64,000 nt of DNA from Antedon mediterranea. Taxonomy: Eukaryota; Animalia; Echinodermata. Where the stretch lies: contig NC_092679.1 in assembly GCF_964355755.1 (NCBI RefSeq), positions 16,971,432-17,035,431 of the forward strand, read 5' to 3'. The notes under the pieces are model-generated. The model saw nothing but the letters and a program-made list of their open reading frames with translations. It was not told where the DNA came from and made no database searches. This document shows positions 1 to 23,388 of this stretch, piece after piece. The position numbers and the translations under genes are program-made. Positions within the stretch are counted from its first letter, which is position 1; each line of letters starts with the position of its first letter.

Positions 1-1651
1 AATCCTTTTTCAATCCAAAAATCAAATATTTGCTTCTTATTCTTATTTGTGCATCACAACTACTATACATACAGTAGAACTCAACATTATTCATTAATAA
101 AGTTATACGTGTTACATTAAGCATTACTAATATTATTTTATTTTTGGACTGTCAAGTTTTATGCGACAAGGATTTTGACGTCAGGAGACACTGGAACGGG
201 TGGAATCATGACTGTAATGTTTGCACTTAATGCCCTTGCTTTCAATAATAAATAAATCATCATCACTGACATTGACATTATCAATATTTTACAGTCAAAT
301 GTCAGAAATTAAATTTTTTTTTTCAACTTCAAGTGAAGTTTATGATCACATTGCTGTCATTGAAGCATCCGAGGTCTGAGGTTAAAAGCTAATCAGAAAA
401 AAAAAAGATTTAATTTCGTTCATGTTTGTATAATACATATTTCATACTTTTTATTGAAGTCAGCAAAAGACATGCTTTTCCATTTGGAGTAAGATCAATG
501 TTTGGAGTCAGAGTTTTCAATAAAGTAAACGCTCTATGCTTTAAGTCAACACAAACGATGGTAAAAATCCAATAATTTTTCTTTCAAAGTAGAATAATGA
601 TATTTAATTAGTTTTTATAACATTCTTTTCCATTTGAAGTGAGATCAATGTTTGGAGTCATAGTTTTCAACAAACTAAACGCTCCAATTTATCACTGTTT
701 TGTACGCTGGGTACAAGAGTTCTTTTGAGGTATAATACTGATATTTAATAGTTTTTATTAAAATCTATACCAAAAGACCTGTTTTCCAAGTGATTGATGT
801 TTGGAGTCTCAATTCTCATAACGTAATGCTCGTTGATATACAAAACTGGTTTTTAAAAGCCACACAAACAACGTTCGCACAGAGAAACATGAAGCTAGTT
901 AGTATAGTATACTTCTGCATTAATCTGGCTGATTGGTTCGTCTGCTACAAAAGAAACATTTTCGACACATAGTGGAGATGCTTCAAATCAGAGTTTCAAT
1001 TCCAATCACAAAAACATAACACTCGTCTCAACTAGATGTACTGTATATTACTAGTTTTTTTTTTAATTCATACAAACGACGTACCGGTACTAGATGATGA
1101 TTATCGAGTTTAGAACTTATTGTCCTATCAGAAATGTAAAGCGAGTTAGTATAATGAACTTGGCGATTGCGTATTAATGAAAAAGTGCGATTGTGTTCAC
1201 TATTGGTTTAACTCCACCTCCGCAATTAGCTAATGCCACTGGCACAAATACACAGCAGAATTTTAATGATGAATTAAAATATTAATTGAAATATTAATAA
1301 TAAACATGTTTTGAATTGCACCCAAATAACTGTTCATTCATCTTTGAATTGTCCATTTCGACTTCCAAACGTAGCTAATTAAAATAGTTTATCATCAGAT
1401 GATATTGATATTCTCAAAAAAACCAGTAATTCGTCTCATAAAAATATATTTATATTTTATCTACAAATTGCGGAAAATTCAATATTAACTCTATAGTGGC
1501 ACGCATCCAACAATTCAATCAAGAAATTTATATCATTGCAATTTTTATGACATTGATGCACGTTGGGATTTACAATAAAGACGACCTACCCACATCATTC
1601 AGATTGCGACAACGTTGATAACTGAAAACATGTCAATCAATTACCTGTCAA

Positions 1652-4600
1652 TTAGTCATCATCCTTTATGTACTGTAACCGTTTGGCTTGAGAATCTTCG
1701 TGTTTCTTGCGTATTAGTTGCATCTGTCTTTTATTTCCATTTTTCCTGGAATAAAACAACAAATTCACAGTCATCGTACATTTAACAAATAAAAATGTTA
1801 TCGGTATTTGGCAGAAGTATTTAATATTTATTTTTAATTTCATGCGCATCCAAAAGTATGTTTAATATTTTTTTTAAATTTCATACGCATCCAAAAACAA
1901 GAAACTTGCCAATTACAGGACGGATAAAACTAATTCTCTTTGAGTGGAGTAGAAAGATTTGTGACCGACACAAGGTCAGGATTGAACCCTGGGATTGGAA
2001 GGTAAGCTAGTTAACCACCAAGCTAAAACTAGTTTCCAATTCCACTGCTTATACTGAGCTTGTTTCTACATACATTGCTGTACTTTTGGTCCTGGATCGT
2101 GAGCCACTCTTAATCTATATATAAATTTACGTAAGGGCAAAATTCGGTAAATCGCGCGTTATTTCTAGAATGTTTACTCGATGGTATATAAAGTTGGTTC
2201 GTACTTTCCGTACTGATTTTAACCACCTGATGTAACCCTGTTTACTAATTAAATTGAGTTCGATAATTTCAACGATTTGCCCCAAATAGGGGTGTTTTTC
2301 GATGGTGGTATACACTGTATAATGGATGTCCGTCTTGAAAAATACCCGCAGACAATAATACGAGGATGCTTCGCATTTTCCTATCTCCTCCTACGATAAT
2401 TGTTTTTAATGGCTGAAAACCGGTTGAACAGCTCGAGTATAGCATCATAATGTTGAAGACAGGCCGATTTTCTTTAAAAAATACTATTTTGATAGATTTA
2501 ATATACGTTTATACAAATGTATTGATTTGCGATGAATGGAACATTCCAATCTCTGTTCCACAAGTGTCTATTCCCTCAGGCGTCGTAAAGGCAAGTACAG
2601 GTACTGTATACTCATAACAGAAATTCGATCCATTTTTTTTTCAATCTGTGCTGCAGAGGTTGGATATAAATTTTTTTTAAACGGATAATGAGCTAGCGTT
2701 TTCACTCGCCGTATATTATGTACACATCTTTATTATTGCAGTTAAACCACCCATATCATCACCCTTCCCTCACTGGCATGAGTAGCGTTGTAAAACCAGT
2801 AGAGGATAGGCCTACGGTACATCACATGCCCTAAACGCAACTTTGGTGGGTAGGGGGTGGGTAGGGTAGGAACCAACTTAAGTATGAATTTGCTCTAAGA
2901 AACAATTGAAAACCATTAGGCCTACTAATTAAGTTGAGTTAGATAATTTAATATTTATTGACGATTAAATCGAATTTATGATTTTCGCCGAATAGAGGTG
3001 GTTTTCACAAATTGTTTTACATTATATAAACATGTCGTAGTGATGTATCGTTACATGTACTGTACTATTTCAATCGACTATGACGGTGATAGTTTCAACA
3101 AAGTATTAAATCGCAATGTTTTACTGTGTTTAGTGGTATATTATTTGTAAAACATGAAAACAATTAATATTTCCTTAATAAATGGGTAAAGAATATATTT
3201 AAAAATTGTTCCTCTTTGCACCCATCCTCTTCCCCATCCCTCAACCCAAATGTTACATACAAAACACATTTTAAGTTTGTTTAAATTTGACTTAAACAAT
3301 TGGTCTCATTTTGTGACAAGTTTCTCTTTCGGAAGTAATTCCCAGGGTACTAATTTTACAGTACATAAATCACAGTGTCTATTTATTCGTTCCTGTAAAC
3401 GACATGTATTATTGTCCTGCGGTAAGTATACATTTGAAATCGCCAGTTTTTTTAACGCTGAAATTATTATGTATTCGAGAACCATCTGTGGGCACGGACC
3501 TAGATGGTACGCGAGCGAAGCGAGCGTACCATCTAGTTGATACAAGCGTCACAATCAAGATTAGATATTAGTCAAGTCGACGATAAAGGTTTTCATAACA
3601 TGAAATACCACATAGTTGAGTGACATTGGACATCCCTAAGCTGTGACAATTTTCACATTGAAAATTTTGGTAAAAAGGCAAATTAAAGCACATTTAAGAA
3701 CTTGGTACATCTTTCGAGACGAGTATGGAGTTACCCCGGCGTACTGTTTACACACTGAGCCACTTCGTGGACAGATGTAATGTGGCCGTAATTGACACGA
3801 TGGGACCCTTAGGGGAGAAGAATGTTGATGAAAAGGTGTAAAAGTTAAGTCCACAGCGCTCTGATCATGAAATAGCGCTATATAAATGGTGCAGAAGATC
3901 CGGTTCGAATCTTGGTTGGGGCGACTTTTTCTCATTCTCACAGATTTCCTCATCTTATCGTTTCAAATTAATTAATTAAAATTTCAGTATATCACCGGGT
4001 GGTTTAGAATTAATATTCTATGCCTAATGTGCAGCTCAGGTTTCGAAATGAAATGTACCGTATATATGATCTTTTCATGGATTTGTATTCAATGTTTCAG
4101 ATTAAGTTTTAAAACAAAATTATTTTGATTTGAAAAAAAAATAATGATACTATATTATGATATTTTTGCAATATTAATATTGCTTTAATATGGAATACTA
4201 GGAAGATATCAAATTTCTTTTAATTTAGAGAGCAATTAAGTTGAAAATAATTAATTTCTCACGTTCAAATTTTAATAGGTAACTTTCTTTACAATGAGGA
4301 AATGCAATAAAATTAAATATGGTTAACGTCAACTGCTCGTATTAAAATTATTTAATAACTGACAGAATTTTTCATATTTCTTTGGGTAATTACTCACAGC
4401 CCACGCACTGCCCGTGGGCGTTTAAAGCCACAGCCAAAATACTTCACCGTCTCAAATTATACATTAAAAACTTTTCTTATTAATAACTTATTGACAAGAT
4501 CAAATAGATTAAAATTAATCAATAATTCACCAGTAACCACGCACATTAATACGATTTTTAAAAATCGTCAAATAAAAAAATTGTATTAATATTAAACGTG

Positions 4601-7600
4601 TGTATGATATTTGACAAGCAAGTGCGGGTGCTAATCTATCCTATATAAAACCTGGTAATTACACTATTGAACCTAATGCGATGGAATATTATTGACAAGT
4701 CTGGCAAAGTGTTGGTTTTGTCTAGGGCTTTAAATGTCAATGTGAAGTTTAATTTTCAAAAAATATAAATCAAATATTATTACTGTGAGTCATGCACAGG
4801 TAATAGGAATGTAATCAATAAATATGCTTGTGCAAAAGTTAGTCAGTAACATATTTAGGATTTCTAAAAGGCTTTGAGTAATCATTAAAACCACACCCAC
4901 TAAGAAGCATCAGATAGTGACGTACCAGTAGCAGGATATTATATTTAAGATTTATGAAAAGCTTGGAGGTATATTAATGATTGAAACCACACCCACTTGG
5001 GCTAAGAAGCATCAGATAGTGACGTACCAGTAGCAGGATATTATATTATTTAAGATTTATGAAAAGCTTGGAGGTATATTAATGATTGAAACCACACCCA
5101 CTTGGGCTAAGAAGCATCAGATAGTGACGTACCAGTAGCAGGATATTATATTTAAGATTTATGAAAAGCTTGGAGGTATATTAATGATTGAAACCACACC
5201 CACTTGGGCTAAGAAGCATCAGATAGTGACATACCAGTAACAGGATATTATATTTAAGATTTATGAAAAGCTTGGAGGTATATTAATGATTGAAACCACA
5301 CCCACTTGGGCTAAGAAGCATCAGATAGTGACGTACCAGTAGCAGGATATTATATTTAAGATTTATGAAAAGCTTGGAGGTATATTAAAATGATTGAAAC
5401 CACACCCACTTGGGTTAAGAAGCAGCAGATACTGTAGTGACGTATAGCAGGATATTATATTTAAGATTTATGAAAAGCTTGGAGGTATATCAATGATTGA
5501 AACCACACCCACAAGGTTGAGGCTAAGAAGTATCAGAGATGACTTCTGAGACTTTGTAAAATAATTAATTAAAAAATATTATCAATTAAAATGATTCTAA
5601 TGATCGTCGCTATGTAAACAAACAAAATAAGGGGCGACATTTACAATTTTATTTTATAAACCCTGGTGTTGCTAGGTAGGTGTGAAAGGGGCATCTCTGG
5701 AGTTTCTCAATATTTTGAATGGTCATAAACCCAGGGGTGTCTCCGGAGATCACTCTGGAGTTTTGGTGTGAAAGGGGTATATTTGATGAGTAGGCATCAA
5801 ATCAAGTAGCAGTTTGAGTTGAGTTTTAGCTTGGTAGTAGATAGATACTCGGCTGGAAATCCTTGGTTCAAATATGTCACATGTCAGGAATTTTACTTTA
5901 TCCACAAAACAACTTCTTTCTTTCCCTTTTTTCTTTCTATACCATTTTTTATGCAGAGAATTAGTCACTTATATTCTGATATAGTAGAAATTTCCAATTT
6001 ACATTCCTTGTGCCTAAAAACGAATGTCACTCAATTCCCAGTGCTGTATCTGCACATACTATCTATTTCCGAGGTATCATAGGAATATTTGGTAATACAG
6101 CATCACATGTGTATCATGTAAGGTTAGGTTACAAATTAGGTTACTATTAGATACATGTGAAACACATGTGATGTTGTATTACCAAATATTCCTAGGATAC
6201 TTTGGAAATAGATACACAGTACAAAGAATCTGCTGCGTATGTTGTGTGCTTTCATGACAGAATGAGTAGGATGTGCACCCACGACCCAGTACTGTGGGCT
6301 CAGTAGCCAAGAGCATAACCACAAAGCTTATGATTATTCTCCATTCATTAGAATATGCAGAACTGTAGTCCTACTTCTAGAGCTCGACTGTCTGTCGCCA
6401 GACACGCCTACGGTTACAACAAATGTCTACTGTTCCTTTATATATAATACTTCCCAGAACAAATTATTTCGTGCTACATAAATAACTTGATTCTAAATTC
6501 AAGATTCCAAGAAATGTTGTTGTCGTTTACAAACTCTAAAGCCCATATATGGACATGATGATGTCATATCCCTACCATATTTAGGCACGTCACACATTTT
6601 TTGTCAACTAGTTTGATAGTGTAGACATAACTTGAAATTGTTTATTTTGAATATAAATCTCTGTTTGATTGCTATTTAATCAATATATAAATTAAACAGT
6701 AAATTTAATACTCTGTAATTTCATAAATTAGTATCACTAATATCATTCAATCTGACAGTCTACTAAACGTGGGCGGTAGCATAATTGCTTATAAAACAAC
6801 CAAACTTATTTATGTTAGATACAATACTATATATAACGTTAAATACAGTACAAAATTTAATGACAAAAACATAAGATTTGTTACAAATAGTACCTTATTG
6901 TTAAATAATATTTCCCCGGCGTCACAAAGTTAAAATTCCTCTATATTTTGTCATTAATGTTTATGATACTACTGTAGAACTTTATATATATTTTAATTGA
7001 GATTTTAATCGGTTACTGATTTATAATCTGTACAGATCTATCTTCTAAAGTGATGTCATATTTAATTTTAAGCTGGTATATTCCTATTTTGTTTTTATTT
7101 ATGAACACCCTACACTGTTGTGTAATAGTATTTGTTATTGTAAGGTAAAGGTGAGTCCCGTGTTCTTTGAACGTAGGGGAATGAGCTGTTAGGAGCTCAT
7201 TGTACTAAGCCTCGGCATTATGTGGTAGGGTGGCCAGTTCCTTTCCACGCAGCCTTTTTTCTCCCTAGTATTTTCAACCAGGTACTCATTTACAGCTGAG
7301 TGGACTGGGAGTTGTCGGGAATTGAACCCGGGTCTTTCTGTATGACAGTCAAGTGTCCTAACTACTCGGCTATCCAACTCCTTATTGTAGGTGTTACTAT
7401 TATGAGCAAATGAGGGCGCTATAACTTTTTCTTGCAATGTCCAATGTAAAAAAAAGAGAAAGTTTATAAAAACAAATTTACTTACAATGCTTTTTCTTTA
7501 GCTGTATTATATAATGCAGCTATTTTCTTGTCTTTTTCATTCATTTGCTGTTGTGCATATTCACTACTTTGTCTTGAAAAAAAAAATGTGATTTAATACA

Positions 7601-9633
7601 AAAAAAAAGTGGTATGGCACCCTCGTACCATGTATTCATGTCATTATTCAGCCTCCCATACTTTATTAGTTTAAATTTCTTGAATTTATCATTTTCAATA
7701 TATTCTGAATGTAATAATATACTATTTTAAGGTATAAATCAGCTAATTAAATACTTCATATTGTAAATATCCCACTAATATATTACAATTCTGCACGATA
7801 AACTTCAGTATCTCAATCACATGATACGAAAATTGAAAAAAAAAATGTGTAGCATATTGGAGCGAGTCGGCCGAGAACCCTTGCTGATATTGTTGGTTCT
7901 TTACGATAAACGTCACCCCTGCCTTAACCGCTCGGACATTTGACTGTGTGAATGTAAAATAAAAGGAAAAACTTACTGATAAATAACGAAATGGAAAAAA
8001 ACGCCAAATGCAAGGTAGATGAGGACACCGTATAATATAGCATTATTACTCAGTCTGCTTATTCCTCTTATGCCGTAGTAGTTCCTTGAGGCATCTCTTT
8101 CTTCTGAATATTTTGAGTAGTCCACTTCTTGATACCTAACGAAATGTAGAGCCTCAGTCTACACTATCAAACTTTATGTGATGTGTCCATATATGGGCAT
8201 GAAGATGTCATATCACTACCATATTTGGGCATATCACCCCCATACTGTATATATTATATGGGTACATCTCATTTTTTACCCACATAAATTTTGATAGTGT
8301 AGACAGAGTTTAAGGTAATGACATACAAACAGTACATACATCAAATGTTGTTCTCACATTAAAATATGTAATAAAGAAAAAATTCAAACCAATATGTTGG
8401 AGCATTTAAAGTTTAATGGGCTTGAATCTAATTACCCAAGAACATGAATGGAATCTTGCTGGGGGATGTGGGTGGGCTTACACCAAAAGTCTTTCATCCA
8501 CCCTAAAACTTATTTTAAAACCTTTCAACCAGTATAATTACAACACAGCACTCACTTAAGAAACATGGGTAGTACTGTGAGTACAATCTTTTATGTTTTT
8601 TTACCACCCACCCTAACAATTGCTTTAGCTACATTTCTGCATGCTTGGCGATCTAGAGGGTCAAGTCTAACATACAGTACAGTACATACTGTGTTTATGG
8701 CAAGAATACTAATGTCAAGAAAACAACCAGGAATTAAATTAATATATGCCATGAAACTGCAAAATATATTATAGAGGGTGTATAACATTCTAGGCATATT
8801 TGGTACAGTAGGGTGGTGTGTTGGGTGGCGGGGGAAGAGGAAGATTTGGACTCAAGCTACTGTAATGATGAACCCTCTTTCCCAACTTACCAATTATAGT
8901 GGTTGGAATATTGACTGTTGTATGCACTACTGCCCGTAGAACCATTATTTCTCTGTTGTCTATACATTGTAGTAAATCTTTCATCATACTGACGTCTGGT
9001 GAGCGGTTTGCTTAGTATGCTATAAGCATCATTTAGTTCAACAAACCTTCTATGCTTTTTAGGATCTGAAGGATTTCGATCTGGATGAAGCTGAAATAAG
9101 AATGTGATAAATACAATTAGTTGACTACTTTGATGTAGGGAAAATATTTTACCAACTAACAGCTTGTATCCTTACCTCTTTTGATAGTGAAAAGTAAGCA
9201 TCCTTAATCTCCTTAGTACTGGCCGTTTTTGTAACATTCAAAATATCATACAAACTAGATGAGCCAAGATATAAGCTACAAAAAGAAAATATCAACATTA
9301 CCGGAATTGTACTAATGGGAGGTTTAAAACTACATTTAAAAACTGGCATGGATGGGTTGGGAGTAATGACTGGAAGTTGTACTGGAGTAAGAGAGAGGTA
9401 CCTGCTTAGGGTATTCATTCATTGGCTACAGCATACACATTTTACCTTTACTGGAGTGGCCTTAAAATGGTAACAGAAAAGTAAAAATACATTAAATATT
9501 ACAATTATTTGTATTGTAAGCCAAATATCCCAAATACACTACGGTACCTTGAAACTGAAAATGTCCTACTGCACATTGTGTAGTAATTATAGTATTTTAC
9601 ACATCTAGCACACATTACTGTTAGTCCTTCCAT
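1652..9633 (-). CDS. DNAJC4: DnaJ homolog subfamily C member 4-like (J-domain plus C-terminal TM helix), 6 coding exons, ~241 aa
   Basis: GT-AG exons 9633-9548, 9275-9176, 9090-8891, 8135-7977, 7572-7486, 1745-1652 splice in frame. Translation shows a J-domain ([23 protein letters not shown]|[24 protein letters not shown]), [13 protein letters not shown], a hydrophobic helix ([21 protein letters not shown]) and [25 protein letters not shown], as in DNAJC4/DnaJ-60. Confidence 0.88.
2114..3536 (+). mobile_element. Non-autonomous Helitron-like element
   Basis: Starts A|TCTATATATAAA at 2114 and ends CTAG|T at 3536. The 3' end has a hairpin (ctagatggtacgc-gagcgaagcga-gcgtaccatctag). No TSD is seen, and insertion is between A and T. 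Confidence 0.55.
3866..4030 (+). mobile_element. Decayed copy of the tRNA-headed dispersed repeat (same family as 35786 and 26582)
   Basis: ggttcgaatcttggttggggcgactttttctcattctcacagatttcctcatc...atcaccgggtggttt closely matches 35840-35945. Confidence 0.75.
4886..5530. repeat. Minisatellite, ~102-bp unit, ~6 copies
   Basis: aaaccacacccacttgggctaagaagcatcagatagtgacgtacc... recurs at about 4888, 4984, 5089, 5191, 5293, 5397 and 5500. Confidence 0.95.
6060..6212. repeat. Long imperfect inverted repeat (MITE-like hairpin)
   Basis: tatctatttcc..gtatcataggaatatttggtaatacagcatcacatgtg pairs with cacatgtgatgttgtattaccaaatattcctaggatac..ggaaatagata. Confidence 0.75.
7141..7380 (-). mobile_element. 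tRNA-derived SINE with a Nin/Deu-like core
   Basis: The reverse strand reads A-box-like tagccgagtagttagg and B-box gggttcaattccc, then core ccactcagctgtaaatgagtacc and tail acctttacctt. Confidence 0.7.
8150..8309. mobile_element. MITE family C copy (TIR (ag)ctctgtctacactatcaaact)
   Basis: gtctacactatcaaact ... ttgatagtgtagacagag. Same internal sequence as the copies at 25764, 26164, 32260, 39323, 39996 and 43057. Confidence 0.8.
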
Positions 9634-9801
9634 CCTAAAACATTGCTTCATTGAGAAGAAAAATACAATATTGTATTATAGGCTCCTACATTCATTTCTA
9701 TTGTATATTATAGAAAACTTGAGCCTCCACATCAAATATTAAAAATATGGGCCTACTAATAAGTACTTATTTGTACATGGACACAGTTTACTGTGCCAAT
9801 A

Positions 9802-10013
9802 AGACGATTTTCGTGCTACGGAAGAAGCCATCTTGCAGAGATTTTAAGCGGTGAAAAAAACCATACAGCCAATTTTTAAAGCACAATTTAATTAATAATT
9901 TTTTTTTAATTAGCATGGTGTCCTGTGAAAATGCTGTTATTTTTTGTTTTTTACGCTCGGCTGGTCACGACTGTCATCTCTGCAAAATGGTGTCCGTAGC
10001 ATGAAAATCGTCT
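9802..10013. mobile_element. MITE with ~40-bp imperfect TIRs
   Basis: agacgattttcgtgctacgga..ccatcttgcagagat pairs with atctctgcaaaatgg..tccgtagcatgaaaatcgtct. Confidence 0.7.
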
Positions 10014-10617
10014 GCCTCCATTCCCTTACACAAAAAGGAAGCAATTAGTTAGCACGATAAAAACAGTTTACTATAATTATTACAGTACATAAAAATAATT
10101 TAAAAAAAAAAAATTTTACTAGGCTAGACCTATACTAAACAATCATTTCATGTGATATAAAACCATACCAGTACCAGGTACAAGAAAGGCTGGCAGGCTA
10201 GGCCTAGCGGTATATGACCAAAGCGGCCGCGAGCGAAAGCGGCATTGAATAGAATATATACTTATACTATAGGCTATATATAAGCCTATATATCAGTCAG
10301 TGTGTCCGAAATTCCCTACTCGCCATGCCCAATATACGATAGGCTAGTCCTTTATATGCCACCCTACTTAGAGTAGGATAAGCCTAGTAAAGTATAAATT
10401 ATTAGGCCGCCTACTATCTATGCTATCCCCTGTAGTCCTACGTTTAGCCTAGCCTAGAGTTTAAATTAAGAAAGTAGGCCTAGCTAGGCCTACTAGGCTA
10501 TAGTATAGCCTAGGCCTAGGCTAAAGCCTAGTAGTAGGGCCCCTACCTAGTAGTAGTAGAGGCTAGCCTAGTTAGGCTGCTTTTTTAATTAATGTGTAAC
10601 GTCAGGATGTTTGTTAC

Positions 10618-10760
10618 CTCAGACACAAGAGCCTTTGGATGATCCGAGCCTTTTTAACACGCTCACACTTATTGCTGTTTTATTTATTACTACTGATTTC
10701 TGACATTGTTATAATGATTTCACCCTAGGCTAGGCTAGCCTCTCTAGTCTCTTCTACCTA
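10618..10760 (-). other. Probable non-coding first exon of the DNAJC4-like gene, containing a short uORF
   Basis: The main ATG (9633) lies 1 nt after an AG acceptor (9635-9636), suggesting an upstream exon. A GAG|gtaac donor occurs at 10618/10617. The 5' boundary is approximate. Confidence 0.55.
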
Positions 10761-11354
10761 TTAACTTAACACACCGGGAACAGACGTACGTACTACGTGT
10801 AGTTGTTTTTATCGCCGTTTTTTTTCAACCTGCCCTCTATCGTCTTTTCTAAAACCATTATGGAACGCTAAAAGGGACTTAAATTGGAAGACGGTACCAT
10901 TTTCGAAGTAACAATGCGAATATTAAATGAGCCAAATTGATTGACTGGAGCAACCTTCACCATGGGAGAAGAGCACCTGATATCCACTTCTCTCTCTTTC
11001 TTACTCGACTCAAAATAAATAAACAAATAAATAATATGTGATTTCCGTTCCCGTTTTTATTATTGCCCGAAATACAATATACGGCCTATTACACATGATA
11101 AAGAAAGTTTGAAAATGCTACTACAAAAATGTATACTATTCATGCTCTTCTATATGCCAAGGTGGGTATTATTCTGTTAAGAGCACCGCTCACACCATTC
11201 TTTCTGTTGCAGTTTGGTTTGTGAATCACGTTTCTTTTTAAAATTTACAGTTCAATCTCCAATACGAGTCGTATAGACATATTTTTTACTTGACAAAAGT
11301 AATCCGATCATTTATAATTTATTTAACGGATTCATCGAAACTGTATTTTGGATT

Positions 11355-21785
<10,431 letters not shown>

Positions 21786-23388
21786 TTGAAATTCCAAACT
21801 GCTTTATGACTTATTTGACCATTCTCTAACTGTAAAAGAAATGTTATTTTTCAATATGCCTCACCTTGTATGCTGTATTATATTAAACGTATATCTACAC
21901 TAGCTCACTATTAGGCCTATATCACTCACTTTCATAATTGATTAAAGTTCCCACTTGCACGCAACATAACGTAACCGCAACGCAAGTACAACGCACAACG
22001 GCATGGCATGGACCACCCGAACTTTTACTTGTGATTGGTCAACTCATTTGCGTTGCGCCTACGCCATTTAAGTTGCGTCCAAGAGTATAGGAAGAAAGCC
22101 TATACTGGATCGTTTCAAATCATAACAATACTTCTTCAATTTCTATTAATTAAACTAAACTTGAAACCTTTATTAATGATTCTATGAATAATAATATAGA
22201 CATGATGAAAATTTAATTACTAAATTATTTATTTAATTAATAGATTAAAAAATATGAAAAAGAAAAACTTCTACTGACCTCACTATGTTGCAAAGCTCGT
22301 TTGAAGTGTAGCATCTTCCGAGTGACGACTTACCGGATAGGTGGCGTGCAACATCTTGTAATAATGAAACATTACACTGTGTTGCAACCGACCCGTCGAA
22401 TATAAGGTGGCATAGTATATACTAATAGTATATTAGCCTAGCCAGTTATATACATATATGTTTAGTGCGCATGCGTGACCATGTAATACGTGATTAAATA
22501 ACGACCCGAGTTAAGCATCAATCAAGAACAATTTAGCGGGTGGTTGAAATTACTTTGCTTACTACACACACGAGTGAAAGAAAAATGATGACTCTACTCA
22601 ACGTACTATAAAATAATGGTGCTTGAACATGGACATTAAAAAATTTTATAAACAATCAATGCGCATGCTTGTAACTTTTTTGCCAAAGGCAAGCATGGGG
22701 AAAATGTAGGCCTATGCAATGTATTGGCAGACGCGTTTTGGTAACAAATTTTTCTGTTGTTAGGCCTAAATAGAAAATAACAATAACCATTTATTTTACC
22801 AGAAACACTCAAATTGAAAGTGTTTAATTATTGTTGTTAAAGAAAGTATTTGAATTGTAAATTATTTACCGAAGAAAAACACAGAATTCTGCTGATACAC
22901 AGAGTATCGTTTAATAACATTCAAATAATATTGAATAATATAGAAATAATATGAAAATAATTAGTTATTGCAAATGTTATAACATGAGTAATTTTATAAC
23001 GATATAGAATTGAATCAAATTCACTTCATTATTATTAATCATCTTTATGTATAATCTTTAATATGAAACAAACATATTATTCTTTGAAGAAAAATGTCCT
23101 TGTATTAAGGCCTATAGAAGATTAAGCCTATACGTTAGCTCGCCGTTCAAATGAAGCAATATCATCATTCGGCTCATTTATATAAGAAGAAACAATTGAC
23201 TTTATTACCAACAAAATGGAAAAATATAAATTAATATTCGTAGTATAGGTCTACAGAAACAACAGAAAACACCAAGATAGATGAAAGACTTAATTATGAC
23301 ACAAACAATGCAAGAAAGATTGTAAGGGAAGTTATGATATTACTTAATACATAAACATTATAGAATCAATAAAACATCTCACGATGAA

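Noticed and set aside
7860-7946. tRNA-like sequence on the minus strand (gtccgagcggttaagg)
   Set aside because: Only the A-box is recognisable; stems are degraded, so it is probably a SINE relic.
8565-8797. ORFs within a DNAJC4 intron as extra exons
   Set aside because: Exons ending at 8891 and starting at 8135 already join in frame and give a complete protein; these ORFs show no recognisable homology.
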